DNA from: Acidimicrobiia bacterium
Lineage (GTDB): Bacteria; Actinomycetota; Acidimicrobiia; IMCC26256; JBBRZM01
NCBI GenBank assembly: GCA_038236695.1
Contig: JBBRZM010000006.1
Location: 22,167-86,166 of the forward strand
Direction of reading: 5' to 3'
DNA length: 64,000 nt
The notes under the pieces were generated by a model. That model ran no database searches and was not told the DNA's origin. It saw only the letters and a program-made list of their open reading frames with translations. A program made the position numbers and the translations under genes. Shown one piece after another: positions 28,084-36,557 of this stretch (position 1 is its first letter; every line of letters starts with the position of its first letter).

Positions 28084-29898
28084 ATGCCGGCGATCACCAA
28101 CGAGGAAGTGTCGAAGATGGTGGCGGGCCAGACAGTGCCCACGCGGTTTCTCGACACGGTTCGGCGCATCCCCGGCCAGGTCGCCCTCCGGTGGAGAGAC
28201 GGTGACGACTGGGGCGAGCTGACCTTCGCCGACTACGCGGAACGCGCCGCGCGTGTCGCCGCGGGCCTCGGGGCGTTGGGAGTGGAACCCGGCACCCGGG
28301 TCGTCCTCATGATGCGCAACCGACCTGAATTCCACATCGCCGACATGGCGGTGCTGTTGTGCGGCGCGACGCCGATCTCGATCTACAACTCCTCGGCGCC
28401 GGAGCAGGTGCAATACCTGGCCCACCACTGCGAGGCGCAAGTCGCGATCGTCGAAGACCTCGGGTATCTCGATCGCGTGCTCACGGTGCGCAACGAGCTC
28501 CCTGCCTTACGCGAGATCGTCGTGATCGACGACCTCGAAGCGGGTGCACCCGCCGGCGTGCATCGGTGGGAGTCGCTGCTCGGGTCCGATCCGGTCGACC
28601 TCGATGCCGCGGCGCAGATCGTGCAGCCAAGCGATCTGGCGACGGTCATTTACACGTCGGGCACGACCGGTCCGCCTAAGGGCGTCATGCTCGACCACGA
28701 AAATGTGTGCTGGACGATCGAGAGCCTCCGTCTCAGCCTCGGCGAGCTCGCGACCGAGGGGCGCCGCGTCGTGTCGTACCTGCCGATGGCGCACATCGCC
28801 GAGCGCATGACATCGCACTATCAGGGCTGCGCGCTCGGCTATGAGGTGACGACGTGTCCCGAGGCAGGGAAAGTCGCCACGTACCTGCCGGGCGTGCGGC
28901 CCGAGGTGATGTTCGCGGTGCCGCGCATCTGGGAGAAGATCTACGCCGGTATCCAGGCGATCGCGGCAGCCGATCCCGCCAACAAGAAGAAGCTCGACGC
29001 GGCGCTCGAAGTGGGACGCCAGGTCGCGGAGCACACCGCCCGCGGCGAGGAGCCGCCCCCCGAGCTGCAAGCCGCCAACGCCTCGGTCGATGCGAAGGTG
29101 CTCGCACCCGTGCGCGCCGTGCTCGGCCTCGATCAGTTGGTTGCCGCGATCACCGGCGCCGCGCCCATCCCGGTCGACATCCTGCAGTTCTTCCGATCGC
29201 TCGGCGTGCCGCTCTCCGAGATCTACGGCATGTCGGAGTCGTCGGGACCAATGACGTGGGCGCCATTCAAGGTCCGGCCCGGCACGGTCGGCCCGGCGAT
29301 CCCCGGCTGCGAAGTCACCCTCGGCGACGGCGGTGAGGTTATCTGCCGCGGCGGCAACGTGTTCCGCGGATACCTCAACGACCCGGAGAAGACCTCCGAG
29401 GCGCTCGACGACGACGGTTGGTTGCACAGCGGCGACATCGGCACGTTCGACGAAGAGGGCTACCTCAAGATCGTCGACCGCAAGAAGGAGCTCATCATCA
29501 CCGCCGGCGGCAAGAACATCTCGCCGGCCAACCTCGAGGCGGCGCTGAAGTCGTCCCCGATCATCGGCCAGGCCTGTGTGATCGGCGACAACCGCCCGTT
29601 CATCTCCGCGCTCATCGTGCTCGACTCCGATGTCGCGCCGGCGTGGGCGAAGCAACACGGGATCGAGGCCGACACGCTCGACGAGCTCGCGGCGCACCCC
29701 GAAGTGCGCGCCGAGATCGAACGCAACGTGGCCGAGGCCAACCAGCGGTTCTCGCAGGTCGAGCGGATCAAGAAGTTCGCGTTGCTGGGCACGGAATGGC
29801 AGCCCGACTCCGACGAGCTCACCCCCACGATGAAGCTGAAGCGGCGAGGCATCCACCAGAAGTACGCCGACGAGATCGAAGCCCTCTACCGGCGCTAG
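28084..29898 (+). CDS. Long-chain fatty-acid--CoA ligase (AMP-dependent synthetase)
   Basis: 604-aa ORF with the AMP motif IYTSGTTGPPKGV, YGMSE, GWLHSGDIG and PTMKLKRR. The GGAGGAG RBS lies upstream. Confidence 0.85.
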   Translation: MPAITNEEVSKMVAGQTVPTRFLDTVRRIPGQVALRWRDGDDWGELTFADYAERAARVAAGLGALGVEPGTRVVLMMRNRPEFHIADMAVLLCGATPISIYNSSAPEQVQYLAHHCEAQVAIVEDLGYLDRVLTVRNELPALREIVVIDDLEAGAPAGVHRWESLLGSDPVDLDAAAQIVQPSDLATVIYTSGTTGPPKGVMLDHENVCWTIESLRLSLGELATEGRRVVSYLPMAHIAERMTSHYQGCALGYEVTTCPEAGKVATYLPGVRPEVMFAVPRIWEKIYAGIQAIAAADPANKKKLDAALEVGRQVAEHTARGEEPPPELQAANASVDAKVLAPVRAVLGLDQLVAAITGAAPIPVDILQFFRSLGVPLSEIYGMSESSGPMTWAPFKVRPGTVGPAIPGCEVTLGDGGEVICRGGNVFRGYLNDPEKTSEALDDDGWLHSGDIGTFDEEGYLKIVDRKKELIITAGGKNISPANLEAALKSSPIIGQACVIGDNRPFISALIVLDSDVAPAWAKQHGIEADTLDELAAHPEVRAEIERNVAEANQRFSQVERIKKFALLGTEWQPDSDELTPTMKLKRRGIHQKYADEIEALYRR

Positions 29899-29911
29899 CT
29901 CGAGCTCCGCG

Positions 29912-30622
29912 TCACTCGGTTTGCGCGACCTCCACGCGGTCGCATCCCTGCGCCTGCGCGCTCTCGAGCGCTTCAGCGGCACGCGCCTCGAGCGCTTCGG
30001 CATCGAGCGCGTGCGTGGGATAGCTCGCGATGCCGGCGGAAACCGTGAGCGCATTGCCAACCGGGCTGTTCCACAATCGCGCCCGCATGCGCTCTGCAGC
30101 CCACACCGCTCCCGACTCGGTCGTGTCGTCGAAGATCACCGCGACCCGCACGTCGCTCAGCCGGCAGGCGGCGTCGCACTCGCGCATCGTGCGCCGGACG
30201 ACCTCGCCGAGCACACCCATTGCCTGCTCGCGCGTCTCGGCTTCGGCAGTGGCGAGGCCGTCGAGCTCGAACAAGGCGAGCGAGACGGGGAGGAGCTTGC
30301 GGCGCGCAACCGCCACTTTCTGATCCAGCACCACGTCGAGGTACGGCTCGACCAACAAGCCCGACGTGGCATCGAGGCGGGCGCTGTCGTCGACGGCGGC
30401 CTCGCCTTCAGGCTCGTTGAGTACCGCGGGCGCTGCCGTGCGGGCCGCCTCCTCGGCAAACATGCCGGCGAGCGTGTCGAGCTCGCGCTGCCGATGACGG
30501 AGCTTCTCCGACGCGGCCGACAGGTTGCGGCGCGTGTCGAGCAGCCAGACGACGAGCACCGCCGCGCTACAGAAGACCAGGATCAGAATGCCGAACGTGA
30601 AGCCGAGCGGCGTCACGCTCAT
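29912..30622 (-). CDS. Membrane-anchored protein with a degenerate (catalytically dead) GGDEF-like domain
   Basis: 236-aa ORF with an N-terminal TM (LGFTFGILILVFCSAAVLVVWLL), a coiled segment, then the GGDEF-fold order. D.LTGL.NRR reads DATSGLLVEP, DIDHFK reads ELDGLA, and R.GGDEF reads RLSDVRVAV. The conserved end SAGIASYP...AEALESAQAQGCDRV is retained. The start overlaps the ecm stop (TAATG). Confidence 0.55.
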   Translation of the reverse strand: MSVTPLGFTFGILILVFCSAAVLVVWLLDTRRNLSAASEKLRHRQRELDTLAGMFAEEAARTAAPAVLNEPEGEAAVDDSARLDATSGLLVEPYLDVVLDQKVAVARRKLLPVSLALFELDGLATAEAETREQAMGVLGEVVRRTMRECDAACRLSDVRVAVIFDDTTESGAVWAAERMRARLWNSPVGNALTVSAGIASYPTHALDAEALEARAAEALESAQAQGCDRVEVAQTE

Positions 30623-32622
30623 TATGAGCTCCCGGCGCGTGCGCCGATGGGAGTGCGGCCCCGTCGGTGCTCGATGGCGATGTCCGCAAGCTCAGCAACG
30701 ATCTGCGACAGGCGAAAGTCCTTGGGTGTGTAGATGCGGGCCACGCCGGCATCGAGCAGTTTCTCCTGGTCGCCTGCGGGGATGATCCCGCCGACCACCA
30801 CCGGCGCGTCGACGCCGGCATCGCGCAACAGCCGCGCAATCTCGGGCACCAGCTCCATGTGCGAACCCGAGAGAATTGACAGCCCCACGACGTCGACGTC
30901 CTCGTCGCGGGCGGCAGCGGCGATCTCGGCCGCTGTCAGCCGGATACCTTGATAGACGACTTCGATACCCACATCGCGTGCCGCGACTGCAATCTGCTCC
31001 GCGCCGTTGGAATGCCCATCGAGCCCCGGCTTGCCCACCAGCATCCGGATGGGGCCGCCCAGCTCCCTGGCCGCTTGCTGTACGCGCTCGCGCACCGCGA
31101 CCATCTCGGCGAGGGGCGCCGTCGCGACCGCTCCGACACCGGTGGGAGCGCGGTACTCGCCGAATACCTCTCGCAGCGCGCCGGCCCATTCGCCGACGGT
31201 GCCGCCGGCTCGGGCCAACGTGATCGTCGCGGGCATGAGGTTGTCGCTTGACGCGGCGGTGTCCCGCAGCCGATCGAGTGCGGCGCGGGCCGCGTCGTCG
31301 TCACGCTGCCGGCGCCAACGACGCAACGACTCGAGTTGATCGGACTCGGCCGCCGGGTCGGCGACCAGGATCGATGCTTCCTCCTCGAGCGCCTCGACGA
31401 GCGGCGACGCTGCGGTCTCGGTGAAGCAGTTGACGCCGACGACTTTGATTTCACCGCTCTCGATCTTGCGCACGCGCTGCGTGTTGCTCTGCACGAGTCG
31501 ACCTTTGAGCTCATCGATCATGGCGAACGCGCCGCCGCCGTCGAGCACCCACTCCAGCTCGGCGTCGGCCGCATCGGCGAGCTCGGTTGTCTTGGCCTCG
31601 ATCACCTTCGAGCCCTCGAACAGGTCGTCGTACTCGAGCAGATCGGTCTCGTATGCGAGGACCTGCTGGATCCGAAGTGACCATTGCTGATCCCATGGCC
31701 GCGGCAGACCGAGCGCCTCGTTCCAAGCGGGGAGCTGCACGGCGCGCGCTCGAGCGTCCTTCGAGAGCGTCACGCCGAGCGTCTCGAGCACGATGCGCTG
31801 CACGTTGTTTTCGGGCTGGGATTCGGTGAGACCGAGCGAGTTGACCTGCACCCCGTAGCGGAAACGGCGCATCCTCTCGTCGGTCACGCCGTAGCGCTCG
31901 CGCGTCAGCCGGTCCCACAGCCGGCTCATCGCGCGCATCTTGCAGGTCTCCTCGACAAAACGGATGCCCGCGTTGACGAAGAATGACATGCGACCGACAA
32001 CGGCGGGAAGGTCGGCGTCGGTCACCTGTCCTGATTCACGTACGGCGTCGAGCACGCCGAGCGCGGTGGCGAGTGCGTAGGCGATCTCCTGGACGGGTGT
32101 CGCGCCCGCCTCCTGGAGGTGGTACGAGCACACGTTGATCGGGTTCCATTTGGGGACGTGTTTCACCGTGTGGCAGATGAGGTCCACAGTGAGACGTTTC
32201 GACGCGTCGGGCCCGAAGATGTAGGTGCCGCGTGACAGGTACTCCTTGACGATGTCGTTCTGGGTGGTGCCCTGCAGCAGCGCCGGGTCGATACCGCGCT
32301 GCTCGGCGAGCGCGACGTACATGCCGAGGAGCCACATGGCGGTGGCGTTGATCGTCATCGACGTATTCATCTCTTCGAGCGGGATCGCGTCGAAGAGCGT
32401 GGCCATCTCTCCGAGGTGCGGCACGGGTACGCCGACCTTGCCCACCTCGCCGCGGGCGAGCGGATGGTCAGGGTCGTAGCCGGTCTGCGTCGGGAGGTCG
32501 AACGCGACCGACAGGCCGGTCTGGCCGCGGGCCAAATTGGTGCGGTACAGCTCGTTGGAAGCCCGCGCCGACGAGTGCCCGGAGTACGTGCGCATCAACC
32601 AGGGGCGTTCAGCCTCTGTCAT
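30622..32622 (-). CDS. ecm: Fused B12-dependent acyl-CoA mutase, probably ethylmalonyl-CoA mutase (MeaA/Ecm)
   Basis: I start at ATG 32622 (MTEAERPWLMRTYSGHSSARASNELYRTNLARGQTGLSVAFDLPTQTGYDPDH). It has a C-terminal B12 domain (GKPGLDGHSNGAEQIAVAARD.G). The ~666-aa single-chain form and proximity to ccr favour Ecm over Mcm/Icm, but specificity cannot be read from sequence by eye. Confidence 0.75.
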   Translation of the reverse strand: MTEAERPWLMRTYSGHSSARASNELYRTNLARGQTGLSVAFDLPTQTGYDPDHPLARGEVGKVGVPVPHLGEMATLFDAIPLEEMNTSMTINATAMWLLGMYVALAEQRGIDPALLQGTTQNDIVKEYLSRGTYIFGPDASKRLTVDLICHTVKHVPKWNPINVCSYHLQEAGATPVQEIAYALATALGVLDAVRESGQVTDADLPAVVGRMSFFVNAGIRFVEETCKMRAMSRLWDRLTRERYGVTDERMRRFRYGVQVNSLGLTESQPENNVQRIVLETLGVTLSKDARARAVQLPAWNEALGLPRPWDQQWSLRIQQVLAYETDLLEYDDLFEGSKVIEAKTTELADAADAELEWVLDGGGAFAMIDELKGRLVQSNTQRVRKIESGEIKVVGVNCFTETAASPLVEALEEEASILVADPAAESDQLESLRRWRRQRDDDAARAALDRLRDTAASSDNLMPATITLARAGGTVGEWAGALREVFGEYRAPTGVGAVATAPLAEMVAVRERVQQAARELGGPIRMLVGKPGLDGHSNGAEQIAVAARDVGIEVVYQGIRLTAAEIAAAARDEDVDVVGLSILSGSHMELVPEIARLLRDAGVDAPVVVGGIIPAGDQEKLLDAGVARIYTPKDFRLSQIVAELADIAIEHRRGRTPIGARAGSS

Positions 32623-32708
32623 GCCCACATTCTCGCACAGCGCCCGAGGCCTTCCCGGACGGCGCAACTGCCGTGGCGTCGGCTGCGCGCGTCCGTCATC
32701 GGAGCGCG

Positions 32709-33566
32709 TTACTTCTTGCGGTAGTCGTAGAAGCCTTGGCCCGTCTTCCGCCCGAGGTGCTCGGCGGTGACCATGCGGCGCAACAGTGGTGCGGGCGCAT
32801 AATTAGGGTCGCGGAACTCCGCGTAGAGCGCGTCGAGAATTGCGAGGCTCGTGTCGAGCCCGACGAGGTCGAGCAATTGCAACGGGCCCATGGGGAAGTT
32901 GCAGCCGCCCCGCATCGCCGCGTCGATGTCGTCGCGGGTCGCGACGCCGGCGTCGAACAGCCTCACGGCGTTGTTGAGATACGGGAACAGCAGCGCATTC
33001 ACGACGAAGCCCGCTTGGTCCTTCACCATGACCGGGCTCTTGCCGCACGCTTCGGCGAACGCACGCGCCGCATCGGCGGTGCCGTCGGACGTCGTGATCG
33101 CGCGCACGACTTCGACGAGCGGCATCATCGGCGCCGGGTTGAAGAAGTGGATACCGCACACCCGGTCGGGTCGTCCCGTCTCCATCGCCATCTCGACGAC
33201 GGGCAGCGTCGACGTGTTGGTGGCGAGGATCGTCGCGTCACCGCAGATGCGATCAAGCTCGCTGAAGAGGTGTTTCTTGGTGGCCAAGTCCTCGACGATC
33301 GACTCGATCACGAGGTGGCAGTCGGCCAGTTCGCCGAGATCGGTGACGGTTCGCACGCGGGAGAGGGCCGCGTCGCGATCGGTGGCCTCGAGCTTGCCTT
33401 TGTCGACCTGCTTCGCGAGCGACTTCTCGAGCCCTGCGAGCATCGCGTCGGCGCTCGCCTGCGCGCGGCTGCGGAGCAGCACCTCGAAGCCCGCCTTGGC
33501 CGCGACCTCCGCGATCCCCGCGCCCATGATGCCGGAGCCGATGACGCCTACGCGCTTGATGGTCAT
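32709..33566 (-). CDS. hbd: 3-hydroxybutyryl-CoA dehydrogenase
   Basis: 285-aa ORF with the Rossmann motif VGVIGSGIMGAGIA, HFFNPAP.M.LVEV, and GF..NA and P.GP..L.D..GLD motifs. Confidence 0.88.
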   Translation of the reverse strand: MTIKRVGVIGSGIMGAGIAEVAAKAGFEVLLRSRAQASADAMLAGLEKSLAKQVDKGKLEATDRDAALSRVRTVTDLGELADCHLVIESIVEDLATKKHLFSELDRICGDATILATNTSTLPVVEMAMETGRPDRVCGIHFFNPAPMMPLVEVVRAITTSDGTADAARAFAEACGKSPVMVKDQAGFVVNALLFPYLNNAVRLFDAGVATRDDIDAAMRGGCNFPMGPLQLLDLVGLDTSLAILDALYAEFRDPNYAPAPLLRRMVTAEHLGRKTGQGFYDYRKK

Positions 33567-33684
33567 CTACGAGCCCCTTCGTGGATGAGCGAGGAGCAGA
33601 TGTTACCGCCGAGTAAGTACTCGACTCCAGCCGTCCGAGCTTCGCGGGCACGGCGTTAGGCTCGCCGCCCTTGGAGGTGTCCAC

Positions 33685-34383
33685 GTGAGCTCGAAGCGCC
33701 CGGCCGGCACGGTGGTCCTGATCGGCGGCGGCGAATGGCGCGACAGATGCCGTTCCTTCGACGCCGAGCTGCTCGCGACGGCGGGCCGGGATGTCGTCGT
33801 GCTGCCGAGTGCCGCGGCGTTCGAGCAACCCGACCGGGTCGTCGAGCGAGCCGAGGAATACTTCAGCGAGCTGGGTGCGAGCGTCGTGCCGCTGATGGTG
33901 CTGCACCGCGCCGAAGCCGAGGACAAGACACTGGCTGCCACCGTGGCCAAGGCCCGCTTTATCTACCTGTCCGACGGGTCGCCGATGCACCTGCGCTCGG
34001 TGCTCAAGGACTCCGCAGTCTTTGCGGCTCTCGTGGACGCGTATGACGGTGGTGCGGTCGTGGCCGCCTCCGGCGCAGGCGCGACGGTGCTCTGTGACCC
34101 GATGGTCGACCCCCGCGGCGGCGCGTACACCGTCGGGCTCGGGTTGGTTCGCGACCTGGCGGTGTTCCCGTATCATGGCACCGCCGCCGGGCACCTGCGT
34201 GAACGATCGATCGACTTGTTGCCGGCGACCGCTCGACTCGTGGGCGTCGACGAGCAGACCGCGTTGATCCGCGGTCCCGACGGCGCGTGGCGCGTCGGTG
34301 GTGCCGGCCATGTGACCGTGTACGAACAGCGGGAGGCCGCAGTCTTCGATGCCGGCTCGACCGTCGACCTGCTGAACCTCTGA
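33685..34383 (+). CDS. Peptidase S51 / cyanophycinase-like (class I glutamine-amidotransferase-like fold) protein
   Basis: 232-aa ORF with a GTG start. It has VVLIGGGEW, FIYLSDGSPMHL and a possible nucleophile in VVAASGAGATVL. By-eye call. Confidence 0.45.
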   Translation: MSSKRPAGTVVLIGGGEWRDRCRSFDAELLATAGRDVVVLPSAAAFEQPDRVVERAEEYFSELGASVVPLMVLHRAEAEDKTLAATVAKARFIYLSDGSPMHLRSVLKDSAVFAALVDAYDGGAVVAASGAGATVLCDPMVDPRGGAYTVGLGLVRDLAVFPYHGTAAGHLRERSIDLLPATARLVGVDEQTALIRGPDGAWRVGGAGHVTVYEQREAAVFDAGSTVDLLNL

Positions 34384-34386
34384 GCG

Positions 34387-35244
34387 CTACGGCTTCGTCG
34401 TCGCGGGCGTCGCGGGCGCGGGCGTCGCGGGCGCGGGCGTCGCGGATGTCGCGGGCGTCGCGGATGTCGCGGGCGTCGCGGGCGTCGCGGATGTCGGTGT
34501 GGTCAGCGGCGTGCCGTTCACCGAGATGGTGACGCGGAGCACGTAGATGTTCTTCGTCGGTTTGCCCGCCTGCGTTGCCGCGCCGTGGGAGTTGATCTTC
34601 TTCGCGACGTCGAGCCCCTTCGTGATCTGGCCGAGAATCGAGTACTTGAACGGAGCGGTGGTGCCGAGTCGCTCGGCACCATTGGCGCTGACGGTCAGGA
34701 AAAACTGCGACCCGCTGGTATTGGGCCCGGAGTTGGCCATCGTAACCGAACCGGCCTTGTAGGCGGCCGTCGGTGGCTCATCGGGGAGCGTGTAACCGGG
34801 CCCGCCCGTACCGTTGCACTTCGGGTCGCCGCCCTGGTCGACGAAGTCCTTGACGATGCGGTGGAACACGGTGCCGTTGTAGAAGTTCTTCTGGGCCAGG
34901 AACACGAAGCTGTTCACGGTCTTCGGCGCCTGCTTGGCGTCGAGCGCAATCGTGATGTCGCCGAGGTTCGTCTTCATGACCGCGGTGTAGGTGTTGGCCG
35001 GGTCGATGGTCATCGCGGGTGCTTGCGGGAACGACTGCGGCTTGACGTTGGGGCACACCGATTTCTTGCTACTGCCGCTGCTGTTGAGCTGCAGCACCAC
35101 GACGATCGCGATGATCGGTACCGCGACGATCAGTGCGTTGCGGAGCGTCCGAAGACGCTGCGAGCGCTTCTGCATCGAGAGCTCGATCTCACGACGGCGC
35201 TCGCGATTCTCGCGCTGACGCTCGCGCTTTGATGCCTTGGACAC
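34387..35244 (-). CDS. Membrane-anchored cyclophilin-type peptidyl-prolyl cis-trans isomerase with Ala/Thr/Pro-rich C-terminal tail
   Basis: I start at GTG 35244 ([22 protein letters not shown]), since there is no earlier plausible start. It has a TM segment [14 protein letters not shown], the cyclophilin core [15 protein letters not shown] and [14 protein letters not shown], and the tail [37 protein letters not shown]. Confidence 0.85.
   Translation of the reverse strand: MSKASKRERQRENRERRREIELSMQKRSQRLRTLRNALIVAVPIIAIVVVLQLNSSGSSKKSVCPNVKPQSFPQAPAMTIDPANTYTAVMKTNLGDITIALDAKQAPKTVNSFVFLAQKNFYNGTVFHRIVKDFVDQGGDPKCNGTGGPGYTLPDEPPTAAYKAGSVTMANSGPNTSGSQFFLTVSANGAERLGTTAPFKYSILGQITKGLDVAKKINSHGAATQAGKPTKNIYVLRVTISVNGTPLTTPTSATPATPATSATPATSATPAPATPAPATPATTKP
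34399..34496 (-). repeat. Composite 15/18/9-nt tandem repeats (cgtcgcggg-based) encoding the (A/S)TP tail
   Basis: cgtcgcgggcgcggg occurs x2, cgtcgcggatgtcgcggg occurs x2, then cgtcgcggg and cgtcgcggatgtcgg, all read directly. Confidence 0.85.
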
Positions 35245-35334
35245 GGGCGGAAAGTCTACCGACGCCGATGGTCGCGCCGTGACCGCGGCACAAATGACGA
35301 ATGCGCAGGTGGAGGCCGCTGGTACCGTGCCCGC

Positions 35335-36552
35335 GTGACCCTTCTCGTGCAGAAGTTCGGCGGCACGTCGGTGGCCGATCCCGGCCGGATCAGATCCGTC
35401 GCCGATCACATCGTGCGCACGAGGCGCGACGGTAATGAAGTCGTCGTGGTCGTCTCGGCCATGGGCAAGACGACCGACGACCTGGTGCGCCTCGCCCGGG
35501 ATGTCTCACACGCACCGGCGGCGCGTGAGCTCGACATGCTCCTCACCTCGGGTGAGCGAATCTCGATTGCACTGCTGTGCATGGCGATCATCGATCAGGG
35601 TGAGGCCGCGGTCTCGTTCACCGGGTCACAGGCCGGCATCGTCACCGACGCCGACCACGGCCAGGCAAAGATCCTCGAGGTGCGGGCCGACCGCATTCGC
35701 ACCGCAGTCGATGACGGGTGCGTCGCGGTGGTCGCGGGTTTCCAGGGCGTGTCGACCGGCGCGGCGATCACGACCCTCGGCCGCGGGGGCTCCGACACCA
35801 CTGCTGTCGCGCTCGCGGCCGCGCTCGGTGCCGAAGCGTGCGAGATCTATACCGACGTCTCGGGGGTCTTCACGGCAGATCCGCGAATGGTGCCCGAGGC
35901 GCGCCGGCTGCCCCGGCTGACGTATGAGGAGATGCTCGACCTGGCCGCGACAGGGGGCAAAGTGCTTGCGCTGCGCGCGGTTGAGTTCGCGCGCAACCAT
36001 GGTGTACCGGTGCACGTGCGCTCGAGCTTCACTTGGGAGCCGGGCACGTGGGTGCGAGAGGATGATCCGTCGATGGAGCAGGCAATCATCTCGGGGGTCA
36101 GTCACGACGCCTCCGAGGCCAAAGTCACGATCGAGCAGGTGCCCGACCGGCCCGGCATCGCGGCCAAGGTCTTCCGCACCCTTGCCGACGAGTCGGTCAA
36201 CGTTGACATGATCGTGCAGAACGTCTCGACTGCCGGCTACACCGACATCTCGTTCACCGTGCCGCGCGACGACCTCGCCCGCACGCTCGGCGTGCTCGAC
36301 AAGGTCGTTGCCGAGGTCGAGGCCAGCGGCATCACCCACGATCCGGATATCGGCCGGGTGTCACTCGTCGGCGCGGGGATGAGAACGCATCCCGGCGTCG
36401 CGGCGCAGATGTTCGAAGTGCTCGCGGCGGAGCGGATCAACATTGAGATGATCTCCACGTCGTCGATCCGCATCTCGTGTGTCGTCGGATCGGCCGATGT
36501 GGAGCGCGCCGTGCAGGCTCTGCACCGCGCCTTCGCGCTCGGAGAGGGGTAG
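35335..36552 (+). CDS. ask: Aspartate kinase
   Basis: 405-aa ORF with a GTG start. It has [24 protein letters not shown] and two C-terminal ACT domains. The in-frame internal ATG 36073 ([12 protein letters not shown]) is a candidate beta-subunit start. Confidence 0.92.
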   Translation: MTLLVQKFGGTSVADPGRIRSVADHIVRTRRDGNEVVVVVSAMGKTTDDLVRLARDVSHAPAARELDMLLTSGERISIALLCMAIIDQGEAAVSFTGSQAGIVTDADHGQAKILEVRADRIRTAVDDGCVAVVAGFQGVSTGAAITTLGRGGSDTTAVALAAALGAEACEIYTDVSGVFTADPRMVPEARRLPRLTYEEMLDLAATGGKVLALRAVEFARNHGVPVHVRSSFTWEPGTWVREDDPSMEQAIISGVSHDASEAKVTIEQVPDRPGIAAKVFRTLADESVNVDMIVQNVSTAGYTDISFTVPRDDLARTLGVLDKVVAEVEASGITHDPDIGRVSLVGAGMRTHPGVAAQMFEVLAAERINIEMISTSSIRISCVVGSADVERAVQALHRAFALGEG

Positions 36553-36557
36553 CCGCC

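Noticed and set aside
26542-28440. Very long antisense or alternative-frame ORFs, for example 26542..28440(-) 632 aa, 21310..23043(+) 577 aa, 55004..56551(-) 515 aa, 37952..39499(+) 515 aa, 28507..30060(-) 517 aa and 800..2074(+) 424 aa.
   Set aside because: Each lies opposite or out of frame to a gene with strong family motifs. Their products are Arg/Ala/Gly/Pro-rich with no motifs. This is the expected stop-codon-poor behaviour of non-coding frames in very GC-rich DNA.
34399-34496. Tandem repeats at 8796-8828, 20731-20766 and 34399-34496, considered as possible CRISPR or other non-coding arrays.
   Set aside because: All are short, have no spacers and sit in frame inside well-supported genes, encoding PQ, PPDP and ATP low-complexity linkers. 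They are not CRISPR arrays.
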